Source: Gloeobacterales cyanobacterium | GTDB lineage: Bacteria; Cyanobacteriota; Cyanobacteriia; Gloeobacterales; PMM-0068 | DNA: 64,000 bases | NCBI GenBank assembly: GCA_038245785.1 | Contig: JBBRSB010000009.1 | Span: 67,397 to 131,396 of the forward strand | Reading direction: 5' to 3' | In this document: piece after piece, positions 48,827 through 58,429 of the stretch | How positions within the stretch are numbered: position 1 is the first letter of the stretch | Layout: each line of letters begins with the position of its first letter | The notes under the pieces: model-generated | The model's input: the letters and a program-made list of their open reading frames with translations, nothing else | Database searches by the model: none | What the model was told of the DNA's origin: nothing | Translations under genes and position numbers: made by a program

Positions 48827-48846
48827 CTCTGGAGCGGCCCACAAGC

Positions 48847-49599
48847 TCATTTTTTAACTTCTGCTGCATATCCTCGTTGACGCAATTGTCCTGCTAAGAC
48901 CTGGGCACGGCGATCGGTGTCATATGCGGCCATCTGCATATACGTCCGGCCATCGATCACCCGGGGATAAGATCCTGGAGCGATCGCTTTAAGCTTGTCC
49001 AGGTCCTTAGCGCCAGAGACAGGCACAAATACGTAGTAGTAGCCATAGCCTTTAAATGTCGAAAAAGCATCTGATTTAGTAGCCGTTGTTGTCTGAACTG
49101 CTACAGGCTTGGTTGGCTTAGGGGCCAGTGGAATCGTTGCAGGCCGAGTCTGCTTCGTGGTCAATCTTTTATCAGTCTTAGAAGATGGAACTGCAGGCAA
49201 TGGCTTGGCCGTTGAGACTTTGGGAAGTGAAGATTCAGACTTAATACTATTGGCTGATGGCGCTTCAGGTTTTCCACTATTGGTAAAGCGATACAGAATA
49301 CTACCCGCAGCTAGTAAAATCACAGCTCCTACGCCAACCGCGAGCGGAGAGACGCTGGGCATTTTGAAACCTGTTTTTCGCTGCGCAGTTTTTCCATACG
49401 GACGCGAGGTTTCTGCTAGCACACTGACCAACCTCGGTGTTGGTGCATTTGCACTTGATGGTTTTTGGGTTTGCTGCCGCCATTTGCGAAAGCCTTCTAG
49501 TTCTGTATCGAGGTCGTAGTTTAGACCTCTGAGGACCAGTCTAAGGTCTCGGGCAGTCTGTGGTACCTTTCCTGGTTCAGGAGTAGAAGACTGTGTCAT
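48847..49599 (-). CDS. single-pass membrane protein with C-terminal SPOR-like domain
   Basis: Cytoplasmic L..L..DLD.EL..FR motif, one TM helix, P/S/T/K linker, QMAAY....RAQ.LA.QL...GY.A.V. Confidence 0.6.
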   Translation of the reverse strand: MTQSSTPEPGKVPQTARDLRLVLRGLNYDLDTELEGFRKWRQQTQKPSSANAPTPRLVSVLAETSRPYGKTAQRKTGFKMPSVSPLAVGVGAVILLAAGSILYRFTNSGKPEAPSANSIKSESSLPKVSTAKPLPAVPSSKTDKRLTTKQTRPATIPLAPKPTKPVAVQTTTATKSDAFSTFKGYGYYYVFVPVSGAKDLDKLKAIAPGSYPRVIDGRTYMQMAAYDTDRRAQVLAGQLRQRGYAAEVKK

Positions 49600-50234
49600 G
49601 GCGTTACCTCAAAGTAAATCGAGTAGATATCTTGGGGAAGGGCTTCCAAAACTTGACGACGAGCCTGCTTAAGTTGCTCCAGTAAATCTTCTGCCGTCAG
49701 AATATACCCTTCCCGACTCAAAGTTTGCAGTGCTTCAGCTGCTGGGACTTCCAGCACGTCACAAAGGACTATGAGCAAGCGCTTGGGTTGGGGCAGCTCA
49801 TCTAAGGCGGTGCGCAAAAAAGGGACGAGCGGGATGGGAACTTCTCCAGAGCGTAAATAGGGAGGGAGTTCATTTGGAACTTTCACTAAGGTCCGAGCAA
49901 TACGCGTCACGAGCCAGGCAATGAATCGTTCTTTGCGGTTATCAAACTGGTTAAGCTCTTTATAGACTTGACTCCACAACGTGGCTTGCAGCCCCATCAA
50001 CTCAAGGGGCATGGTTACAGGTCCATATTTCAATAGCGACTGTACCAAGTCTTTATGGCGGCAGTAAAGCGCTAGGAAGTAACGGCCTTCATCGGGTTTC
50101 ACAACCGCTAAAGTCACGAGTTCAGCATCCTCTTTGCTAGATAAAGTGCGGACCCATGTGGTTTGACATTCTCCGGTCACGAACGGTCTGACTACGCCGT
50201 CCATGGCACTCCAAGATGTTTTGGTAGAATCCAT
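49596..50234 (-). CDS. divergent ECF-sigma-like protein, paralogue A
   Basis: D.ELV..., W.QVY..L..FD....F.AWL...A (region 2-like), L..ALDELP...R..IVL, L..ARR (region 4-like); ATGA-coupled to the SPOR-like gene. Confidence 0.55.
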   Translation of the reverse strand: MDSTKTSWSAMDGVVRPFVTGECQTTWVRTLSSKEDAELVTLAVVKPDEGRYFLALYCRHKDLVQSLLKYGPVTMPLELMGLQATLWSQVYKELNQFDNRKERFIAWLVTRIARTLVKVPNELPPYLRSGEVPIPLVPFLRTALDELPQPKRLLIVLCDVLEVPAAEALQTLSREGYILTAEDLLEQLKQARRQVLEALPQDIYSIYFEVTP

Positions 50235-50424
50235 ATGCCCAAAAGGTTAGCGAAAAAAGTAAATGTGGTCATACATCGGCAGTGTAATCATAGGTTGATT
50301 TGTCTCCCTGTTAGTCTACCCGTGGTTTGTCGTTATACAAAACCTAGATTTTAACCGACATCACGGGCTTTGTGCAGGATACAGATCCTTGCACCGCAGG
50401 AAATTAAAGGTTGCCACACTGGTT

Positions 50425-51090
50425 TTACGGGGTGTAATGTTCAGTATTTGAGCTTGAGTCTGACTTTTTCTCAAAATAAAGCGTGTAAATATCCTGCGGA
50501 AGAGCTCCTAGGATATTGTTGTGCGCCCGTTGGAGCTGGGCTAGGAGTTCCTCCTCTGTGAGGGTATACCCTTCCTTGTCCAGTAGCTGCAGTACTTCAG
50601 GGAGGGAAAAATCCATAGTTTCCCGGAGAATCAGAAGGAGCCTTTGGGGTTGGGGGAGCTCGTCTAGGGCACGGCGGAGAAAAGGAACTAAAGGCACCGG
50701 AATCGCCCCTGAGCGGGTATACAGGAGCGATTCATTGGCAATCCGAGTTAAGGTCTGAGCGACATGGGTGACCAGCCAGGAAACAAAACGATCCTGGCGT
50801 ATGTCAAATTCACGGAGATCATCATAGACCTGGCTCCATACAGTGGCTTCTAAAGCAATTACCTCTGCAGCAGTCTTCTCTGGCTTCAAAAGGGATTGCA
50901 CCAATCCTCGATGGCGACAGTGGAGCGCTAAAAAATATTGGCCTTCTTTGGGCCTAGCAAGTACTAAAGCGACTAGTTCTGTGTCATCTTTCCCTGATAA
51001 AGCACAAACAGACTCCGCTTGGCACGCATCCGTAAAAAATAGCTGCAGTAAGCTATCTGCGGGATTCGAGGATGCTCTGGCAGGATTCAT
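50425..51090 (-). CDS. divergent ECF-sigma-like protein, paralogue B
   Basis: Colinear with 49596-50234 (YFLAL.CRH..LVQSLLK, WSQVY, LVPFLR.ALDELPQP.RLL, ALPQDIY..YFE). Confidence 0.55.
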   Translation of the reverse strand: MNPARASSNPADSLLQLFFTDACQAESVCALSGKDDTELVALVLARPKEGQYFLALHCRHRGLVQSLLKPEKTAAEVIALEATVWSQVYDDLREFDIRQDRFVSWLVTHVAQTLTRIANESLLYTRSGAIPVPLVPFLRRALDELPQPQRLLLILRETMDFSLPEVLQLLDKEGYTLTEEELLAQLQRAHNNILGALPQDIYTLYFEKKSDSSSNTEHYTP

Positions 51091-51190
51091 AGTCCCAGGA
51101 CTTTATCGAGGAGATTGGTGTAGTAAGACATAGGCTCGATAGTTCCTTCCTTTTTTATAATGTATATCTGAACCAACGGCTTTTAGCCGT

Positions 51191-51904
51191 TCACAGAAAA
51201 ATATGAGATTCCGGCTGAATGACGAGCTCTGTAGGAATTGCAGGGCTTTCTAGACTCAGAGCGTAGGCAATGGCACTGGCTACCTGTTCAGGACGGAGCA
51301 TCTTATCTCGTTGAACTTTCATACCAGCCTCATCCCAAAAGGGAGAGTCAATGCCTCCTAGATAGAGCAAGGTGAAATGGACATTGGACCGTTTCAAATC
51401 TAGGGCCATGCTTTTGGTTAATCCTACCACTCCGTACTTAGATGCGCAGTAGCCTGCGGCGGTAGCCATCGGGTGTTTTCCTAAGATGCCAGGAATATTG
51501 AAAATATGACCACCCCCTGTTCCAAAGCATAAAGCGGCTGCCTGGGAAACAAGGAACGTTCCTTTTAGGTTTAAGGTGACCATCTGGTCAAATTCTTCTT
51601 CAGTCAGGGTCTGAATTGGTTTGAGTCGCCCCATCCCTGCGCTGTTGATTACGACATCGACCTGTCCATAGTGGCCCTTCGCTTTGGCAAAGAGGGCCTC
51701 CACTTGAGATTTGACCGTGATATCTACAGGAATAGTCAGAACGCCATCGGCTCCGAGTTCCTTACAGCTTTGCGCCAAGACTTCTAAATCAGCTTGACTG
51801 CGGGCTGCCAATACCAGCGGATAGCCAGATTTAGCCAGGGTTTGGGCTGTGGCACGGCCAATTCCACCCGTGGCTCCCACGATCACAACTACTTTTTCAG
51901 ACAT
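51191..51904 (-). CDS. SDR family oxidoreductase
   Basis: GATGGIG, NSAG, YCASK. Confidence 0.93.
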   Translation of the reverse strand: MSEKVVVIVGATGGIGRATAQTLAKSGYPLVLAARSQADLEVLAQSCKELGADGVLTIPVDITVKSQVEALFAKAKGHYGQVDVVINSAGMGRLKPIQTLTEEEFDQMVTLNLKGTFLVSQAAALCFGTGGGHIFNIPGILGKHPMATAAGYCASKYGVVGLTKSMALDLKRSNVHFTLLYLGGIDSPFWDEAGMKVQRDKMLRPEQVASAIAYALSLESPAIPTELVIQPESHIFL

Positions 51905-51955
51905 GGTATCGACTCTATAGTTCTTCCTATTCTATGAAGAAATGTAAATTAATTC

Positions 51956-52390
51956 TCAGAGTCGGCCAATGTCTTCATTCCAGAGCGCTGGATTATGGGC
52001 AATAAATTCTTTCATCAGGTTCTTGCATTCATCCAGGTCCAAATTAATAACTTCTACCCCGTGCGATTCCATAAATTCTGTAGCGCCAGGGAAGGTCTCA
52101 GACTCTCCAACTATCACTTTCTTGATCCCGAATTGGACCACTGCTCCAGCACAGAGGTAGCAAGGGCACAGCGTTGAATAGAGCGTAGTTCCTCTATAGG
52201 TTCCAATTCTTCCGGCATTGCGCAAACAATCTATCTCTGCATGGAGGATTGGGTCTTTTTTTTGTACTCGCTGATTGTGCCCGCGACCAATAATTTCATG
52301 CTTTTTTACTAAGACAGAACCAATCGGAATACCGCCACTATCAAGCCCTTTTCTTGCTTCTTCGATAGCAGCTTCCATAAAGTTATCCAT
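51956..52390 (-). CDS. nucleoside/cytosine deaminase (yeast-type zinc deaminase)
   Basis: GGIPIGSVL, GHN.RVQ, HAE, PCYLC, WNEDIG. Confidence 0.9.
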   Translation of the reverse strand: MDNFMEAAIEEARKGLDSGGIPIGSVLVKKHEIIGRGHNQRVQKKDPILHAEIDCLRNAGRIGTYRGTTLYSTLCPCYLCAGAVVQFGIKKVIVGESETFPGATEFMESHGVEVINLDLDECKNLMKEFIAHNPALWNEDIGRL

Positions 52391-52534
52391 AAATTTCCAC
52401 TCTATACTTCTGTTGAGAATTCTATACGGTTGCACCTCTGAGCAGACATGTCGCTTTCCGCAACATTCGGATCAAAGCGCTTTGATAAGGTGAAAAATTG
52501 ATCAGCTCCCGTAGCCATAAAGTTGAGGATCGCT

Positions 52535-53614
52535 TTAAGGAATCAAAACAGCCTGAGCCATTCGAATCACTTGAGCCATCATTGCTACATCATGCACTCG
52601 AAAAATATGAGCCCCTTGGGCCAGAGCCAGCGCTGTAGTGGCAGCGGTTCCCCAAACCCGATGTTTGGGTTCATTCTGTCCCAAGACTTTACCAATAAAG
52701 CTCTTACGAGAAGTGCCAATCAGAATCGGACAGCCTAAACTGCGAAACTCACCCAAGCGACGTAATAATTCCAAATTGTGGGTAACGGTCTTACCAAAGC
52801 CAATCCCAGGGTCTATGCTGATACGCTCACGGGCAATTCCCGCCGCTTGCGCCTTTTCGATACGTTGGGCCAGAAATTCATACACTTCATCCACCACATA
52901 ATCGTAGTCAGGTTCCTGCTGCATCGTGTCCGGCGTGCCCTGCATGTGCATCAAAATCACAGGGCAACGGTGTTCGGCAAGTACTGGGAACATCTTTGGG
53001 TCAGCCCCTGCCGAAATGTCATTGATAATATTGGCCCCAGCTTTAAGCGCTTCTTGAGCTACTTCTGCCTTGTGAGTATCAACGGAAATAGGTGCATCGG
53101 TGAACTCGCGCAATTCTTCAATAACTGGAGTGACTCGGCGCACCTCTTCTTCTATGGAAATAGGTTTTGCCCCCGGACGAGTGGATTCTCCGCCAATATC
53201 GATAATGTCTGCTCCACACTTAATCATTTCCAGGGCGCGCTCTACGGCTTTTGGCAATTCATCAAACATGCCACCGTCGGAGAAACTGTCGGGAGTGACA
53301 TTGAGTACGCCCATAACGTAGGGCCGTTGCCAATCCAGGATGACTTTTCCTAAGCTCCAAGGGCTTAACTTGTTTTGAGTTCGTTCCCACACGGCCAATA
53401 ACGCTGTATCTTGAGCGAGTTCTGGAGTCCACAGGACTATGCCTTGGTCTTTAGCTTGAGCATGGAGCTGGGATTCCCTTCCTTGTAGGCTATCTCCCCA
53501 TACATAAAATTGCGCTCCACCTGGGGGTTTAGCAAACGATTCAAGAAGACGGATAGGCATTAGCTTGAGGTCAGCAAAGATACTTCCAAGATAGTCTGAG
53601 GAGCATAGCTCCAA
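52535..53614 (-). CDS. folP: dihydropteroate synthase with N-terminal extension
   Basis: MGVLNVTPDSFSDGG, GGESTRPG, DPGIGFGK, GTSRK, FRVHDV. Confidence 0.96.
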   Translation of the reverse strand: MELCSSDYLGSIFADLKLMPIRLLESFAKPPGGAQFYVWGDSLQGRESQLHAQAKDQGIVLWTPELAQDTALLAVWERTQNKLSPWSLGKVILDWQRPYVMGVLNVTPDSFSDGGMFDELPKAVERALEMIKCGADIIDIGGESTRPGAKPISIEEEVRRVTPVIEELREFTDAPISVDTHKAEVAQEALKAGANIINDISAGADPKMFPVLAEHRCPVILMHMQGTPDTMQQEPDYDYVVDEVYEFLAQRIEKAQAAGIARERISIDPGIGFGKTVTHNLELLRRLGEFRSLGCPILIGTSRKSFIGKVLGQNEPKHRVWGTAATTALALAQGAHIFRVHDVAMMAQVIRMAQAVLIP

Positions 53615-53624
53615 CTGGATAGCC

Positions 53625-54704
53625 TTAAGGGCTAACCAAATTTCTAAGTAATTCAGCGGTATCCTGAGCCGCCCTTGGCTTTGCTAAGGCATGGGCCTTT
53701 TGCCCCATCGCACTTAAGGTTTGGGGGCTATCAAAAAGCTCTAGAACCAAACGGGTAAATTGAGTGCGCTCTATCTGACGTTCCTGGAACATCAAAGCAG
53801 CCCCCCGACTGACTAGGGTTTGCGCATTAAACGTCTGATGATCTTCTGCCGCAAAAGGATAGGGCACCAGGATAGAAGGACGGCCCGTAGCCATCAATTC
53901 TGTGATCGTTCCGGCTCCTGCTCTCGAAATAACCAAATCTGCTCGGTAGTAGAGAGGACCCATCTGATTCCAAAAAGGGAGGGGCACATAATAGGGAGAC
54001 TTCGGTGCTGTAGCCACCACTCGGTCGTACTCGCCCTGCCCGGTCAGATGAACGATATAAATCCCACGGGCTATCCAATCAGGCAGGCTATCCACAATCA
54101 CCTGATTCAAGCCTCTTGCTCCTTGGGAGCCTCCAAGCACAACGATCACCGGAGCCTCCGCTGGAATTTCTGCGTCTTCAGAAAGATTGACCAAAGGGCT
54201 TGGAGCTAGACAATCTTCTCGAAAGGGGGTTCCTACCCAGATTCCTTTGCCCTTGAGATGCTCCCGTGCTTCATCAAAGCCCAGCGCCAAACAATCGACT
54301 AAGGGGGCTAGAAAACGGGTCACTTTACCGGGAAGCGCATTAGACTCATGGAGCAAAACGGGTAAGCCCAAACTCCGAGCCGCCAGGATACTCGGCCCTG
54401 CAATATAGCCGCCAGTGGAGAAAACGGCTTTTGCCTGGAGGTTTTGCAAGAGGCTACGCACTTGAAACGTGGACCGGACCAGCTTGCTCCCTGCCCCCAA
54501 CCATTGACTAGGACGGATCAATCCTTCAACAGATACCTTCGTCAAAGGATAGTCTTTCATCACCAACTGTTCTTCTAAACGTCCCGGAACCCCTAACCAG
54601 TGAATATCAAATTTCTGGAGTTCCTTTGCCACTGCTAGGGCCGGAAAAATGTGCCCTCCTGTACCGCTGGCAGCAATGAGAATAGATTTTTTCTGAGGAT
54701 TCAT
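53625..54704 (-). CDS. murG: undecaprenyl-PP-MurNAc-pentapeptide GlcNAc transferase
   Basis: GTGGHIFP, TGGY, HESN, GGSQGA, SRAGA, DHQ..NA. Confidence 0.96.
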   Translation of the reverse strand: MNPQKKSILIAASGTGGHIFPALAVAKELQKFDIHWLGVPGRLEEQLVMKDYPLTKVSVEGLIRPSQWLGAGSKLVRSTFQVRSLLQNLQAKAVFSTGGYIAGPSILAARSLGLPVLLHESNALPGKVTRFLAPLVDCLALGFDEAREHLKGKGIWVGTPFREDCLAPSPLVNLSEDAEIPAEAPVIVVLGGSQGARGLNQVIVDSLPDWIARGIYIVHLTGQGEYDRVVATAPKSPYYVPLPFWNQMGPLYYRADLVISRAGAGTITELMATGRPSILVPYPFAAEDHQTFNAQTLVSRGAALMFQERQIERTQFTRLVLELFDSPQTLSAMGQKAHALAKPRAAQDTAELLRNLVSP

Positions 54705-54828
54705 AGCTATCTTGAGCACAGCGGGAATATTAGCACGTCGTAAAATCCAATTTTGCATCTATAAAATTCTCCACGGCAAGAGAAGCTGAAAAAAGGTAAT
54801 ATGAGGAGCTGCCTATCTATAGACAACC

Positions 54829-55041
54829 ATGCGCAATCCCATGTTGAGAGAGGAGCCCCGTTTCGAGAAGGCTCCTGTGCTTCCCTCCAATAACCGTGAA
54901 GGCATCTTGGAATGGCTTCAAAGAAGCGGAAAAATTGTCGCTCGTCAAAGCACTATCGCCTCATCTGAAGATGAAGAAGAAGACATTGATGACCTTTTTG
55001 ATGACGATGACGACGACGCTGCCGTTGTAGAAGAAGACTAG
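54829..55041 (+). CDS. DUF3134-like small acidic protein
   Basis: NP.LREEPR...A.V.P......IL.WL...G....R plus acidic tail. Confidence 0.7.
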   Translation: MRNPMLREEPRFEKAPVLPSNNREGILEWLQRSGKIVARQSTIASSEDEEEDIDDLFDDDDDDAAVVEED

Positions 55042-55044
55042 ACC

Positions 55045-55665
55045 TTGCGCCCTATCATTCTGGCGGTCTGTGGGGCCTCTGGCATGATTTATGCAGAGCG
55101 GACCCTAAAATTCTTACTCTATGCGGACTATCCGGTAGAGCTGGTCTTGAGTAAAGCGGCGTACATTGTCTGGCGCGATGAGTTTGGAGTAACCATTCCC
55201 CAGACTTCGGTCGAACAGGAGCAGTTTTGGCGCGAACGTACGGGAGAAGAGCAGGGAAAACTCACCTGCCATTCCTTTAGCAATGTGGGAGCAACCATCG
55301 CCAGCGGCTCCTATCCAGTCCAGGGTATGCTGGTCATTCCTTGTAGCATGTCCACCGTGGCCCGCATCGCCCACGGCCTCAGTTCAGACTTGGTAGAACG
55401 GGCGGCAGACGTACAGATTAAGGAAGGACGCAAGGTTATCGTCGTTCCTAGAGAAACTCCTTTTAGTCTGATTCACTTGCGCAATCTAACCCTTTTAGCA
55501 GAAGCAGGTGTCCGCGTTGTTCCTGCAATTCCTGCTTGGTATCATCAACCTAAAACCATTGAAGATTTAGTTGATTTTGTAATTGGTCGAGCCCTAGACC
55601 AATTGGGCGTTGATAATGATTTGTTTAATCGCTGGCAAGGATTGGGAAAGAAAAAATCAGAATGA
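55045..55665 (+). CDS. ubiX: flavin prenyltransferase
   Basis: GASG, IASGS, PCSM.T, RAADV..KE.R, PRETP, PAWY..P. Confidence 0.95.
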   Translation: MRPIILAVCGASGMIYAERTLKFLLYADYPVELVLSKAAYIVWRDEFGVTIPQTSVEQEQFWRERTGEEQGKLTCHSFSNVGATIASGSYPVQGMLVIPCSMSTVARIAHGLSSDLVERAADVQIKEGRKVIVVPRETPFSLIHLRNLTLLAEAGVRVVPAIPAWYHQPKTIEDLVDFVIGRALDQLGVDNDLFNRWQGLGKKKSE

Positions 55666-55670
55666 GAAGA

Positions 55671-55889
55671 TTACTTCATCGCCTCTACCATACGCTTAAT
55701 TTTAAGAGCCTTTTCAAAGTAGTCTAGTTTATTTGTCATGATCCACCATTCAGCGGCTTCCATTAGAAGCTCTGGATTGTCATTTTTGTTAGCAAAAAAT
55801 GCATAAAATGACAGTCCCACATCTGGACCCTTACTACCTATTTTTTGTTTGCATACTTGGATTATTTTGTTCTTTAAGTCTTCGTTTAT
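55671..55889 (-). CDS. DUF6500-like small protein missing from the ORF track (start reads ATA)
   Basis: Own translation: (I)NEDLKNKIIQVCKQKIGSKGPDVGLSFYAFFANKNDNPELLMEAAEWWIMTNKLDYFEKALKIKRMVEAMK*, 72 codons open. Confidence 0.7.
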   Translation of the reverse strand: MNEDLKNKIIQVCKQKIGSKGPDVGLSFYAFFANKNDNPELLMEAAEWWIMTNKLDYFEKALKIKRMVEAMK

Positions 55890-56089
55890 AGCTATCGAAA
55901 CTTTTTGAGTTGACTGTTAATATTTCTTCCTTAGTCGGTTGGCTCACGACAATAATAAATGGCAACAGAAGATGTCAATCGCATGATTAATTTGCAATTT
56001 TTTAAACGCAAGGAAAGCAGAGAAGGAGCATAGGACTCTAAAGTTTGTTTGTGCTATACTATATTAGCATTTCGTTCATCGCTACTGTT

Positions 56090-58405
56090 ATGTTAGATAT
56101 CCGCGCTCAGATTGCTAGCGAATTAGATTTGAATCCTAGTTTGGTTCAGAATGTTTTAAATCTATTCTCTGAGGGAGCGACGATTCCGTTTATTGCGCGG
56201 TATCGGAAAGAGCGTACGGGAGAGATGAATGAAATCGTCTTGCGCGAGTTGGAAGAAAGATTTACTTATTTAACAGAATTAGCGGCGAGAAAGGAGACCA
56301 TTATTAGTTCGATCGAGTCTCAAAATAAACTGACTCCAGAACTAAAAACCGAGATTGAAAATTGTTTACTCAAAACTGAGTTAGAAGATCTGTATCTACC
56401 GTACAAGCCCAAGCGAAGAACTAGAGCGACTATTGCCAGGGAAAGAGGACTAGATCCTTTGGCTGAGGTCATTCGCTCGCTCAATAATCTCACCGCACAA
56501 CCAATAGATTTAGCATTAGAAGCGGCAAACTATATCAATGAACAACTAGGCGTGGAAACAGCCTCCGATGCGCTGGCTGGAGCTGCAGATATTTTGGCAG
56601 AATCAACTGCTGACAAAGCTAATTTACGTGCTTACATTCGCGAGTATATTCAATCAGAAGGTCAATTTACTTCTAGCATCAAAGATGATCTGGAAGAGGG
56701 CTCAACTAAATATGAGATGTATCGGAAATATTCAGTACCTGTGAGCAAGGTTGCTTCCCATAATCTCTTAGCCCTATTTCGCGGTGAAACTGAGAAAATT
56801 CTCAATTTGGAACTGGTGTTCAATGAAGATGATATTTTCGATTATTTAGCCATACAAGAAATTAAGACTAAAGAACCTGCAATCCGTCAATTTTATCAGA
56901 GCATGCTCAAAGATGCCTTCAATCGGTTAATGAAGACATCGCTCATTAATGAAGTTCGCGCTGAAGCTAAATTGCAGGCAGATATCGGTTCGATTTCCAA
57001 CTTTGAAACCAATTTGCGGCAGTTACTATTATCGGCACCTGCAGGTATGAAACCGACACTCGCGATCGATCCTGGTTTTCGTTCTGGGTGTAAAGTTGCG
57101 GTGCTATCGGAAACGGGTAAATTCCTAGCCTATGAAGCAGTTTTCCCCCATCAATCAGCGAGCCAACGCCAACAAGCGGCAAATACAGTTAGGCAGTTCA
57201 TCAAAAAATATAACATCCAACTCGTCGCGATCGGCAATGGTACCGCAGGACGTGAAACCGATCAGTTTGTAATCGAGTTGCTCACAGATATCGAACCGAA
57301 ACCGATTAAAGTAATGGTAAATGAATCGGGCGCATCGATTTATTCTGCAAGTGAAGTAGCTATCTCCGAATTTCCCGATCTCGATATTACTGTACGCGGG
57401 GCAATTAGTATCGGGCGCAGGTTACAAGATCCCTTGGCTGAATTAGTAAAAATCGATCCAAAATCGATCGGGGTCGGACAGTATCAGCATGACGTAGATC
57501 AAAAACTCCTTAGAAAGAAACTTGATGATACCGTCGAAAGTTGCGTTAACTATGTCGGCGTAGATCTCAATACTGCATCTAAAGAATTACTCACCTTCGT
57601 CTCTGGATTAACTCCCATAGTTGCTAACAACATCGTCGCCTATCGGAATGAGAACGGAGCTTTTAAAAATCGCAAACAACTGCTAAAAGTAGCTAAGCTC
57701 GGCCCCAAAGCCTTCGAGCAAGCGGCGGGATTCCTCCGCATTCGGGATGGCGAGAATCCCCTTGATAATACAGCAGTCCATCCAGAGAGTTATGGTGTTC
57801 TGGCATTGATCGTCAAAGAGGCAAACATTCCCCTCGCCGAACCGACTAAGCTCGCTGCAGAACTCAAAAAGACCAATCTTCAGAAATATACTACGGATTC
57901 AATCGGCGAACCCACTCTTCGCGACATGATTAGCGAACTCGAAAAACCTGGACGCGACCCCCGCGCCGAGTTCAAATATGCCACCTTTAAGGAAGGCATT
58001 CAAGAAATTAAAGATTTAGAAGTCGGGATGGAGTTGGAAGGCACAGTGACTAACGTAGCTAACTTTGGTGCCTTTGTCGATATTGGGGTGCATCAGGATG
58101 GATTGGTGCATATTTCTCAACTAGCTGATACTTTCGTCCGTGACCCCAATCAGGTTGTCAAAGTTGGTCAAGTGGTAAAGGTTCGGGTGTTGGAAGTTAA
58201 TGCTCAGTTGAAGCGGGTGAGTTTATCGATGAAGGTGAATGCTGGCGATGGTCAGGTGGGGGAGAAGCCAGCGGGACGTACGACTCAACCTCAACAAGGT
58301 TTGGTTAAGCCGCAACCAAGATCGGTCACAACTCAACCAGCTTCAACCTCGAACCAGCCAGCTACGCTTGCAGATTTACAGCGTAAGTTTGGTAAGAAGA
58401 AGTAA
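56090..58405 (+). CDS. tex: Tex family RNA-binding transcriptional accessory protein
   Basis: GATIPFIARYRKE.TG, DPGFRSG.K, GNGTA, IGVGQYQHD, C-terminal S1 domain FGAFVDIGVHQDGLVHIS. Confidence 0.96.
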   Translation: MLDIRAQIASELDLNPSLVQNVLNLFSEGATIPFIARYRKERTGEMNEIVLRELEERFTYLTELAARKETIISSIESQNKLTPELKTEIENCLLKTELEDLYLPYKPKRRTRATIARERGLDPLAEVIRSLNNLTAQPIDLALEAANYINEQLGVETASDALAGAADILAESTADKANLRAYIREYIQSEGQFTSSIKDDLEEGSTKYEMYRKYSVPVSKVASHNLLALFRGETEKILNLELVFNEDDIFDYLAIQEIKTKEPAIRQFYQSMLKDAFNRLMKTSLINEVRAEAKLQADIGSISNFETNLRQLLLSAPAGMKPTLAIDPGFRSGCKVAVLSETGKFLAYEAVFPHQSASQRQQAANTVRQFIKKYNIQLVAIGNGTAGRETDQFVIELLTDIEPKPIKVMVNESGASIYSASEVAISEFPDLDITVRGAISIGRRLQDPLAELVKIDPKSIGVGQYQHDVDQKLLRKKLDDTVESCVNYVGVDLNTASKELLTFVSGLTPIVANNIVAYRNENGAFKNRKQLLKVAKLGPKAFEQAAGFLRIRDGENPLDNTAVHPESYGVLALIVKEANIPLAEPTKLAAELKKTNLQKYTTDSIGEPTLRDMISELEKPGRDPRAEFKYATFKEGIQEIKDLEVGMELEGTVTNVANFGAFVDIGVHQDGLVHISQLADTFVRDPNQVVKVGQVVKVRVLEVNAQLKRVSLSMKVNAGDGQVGEKPAGRTTQPQQGLVKPQPRSVTTQPASTSNQPATLADLQRKFGKKK

Positions 58406-58429
58406 GTTAGGACAACCGAATATTTGTAA

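Noticed and set aside
52778..53353. 191-aa ORF antisense to folP, and the many similar short antisense ORFs in the track
   Set aside because: Fully overlap well-supported genes on the opposite strand and have no motifs
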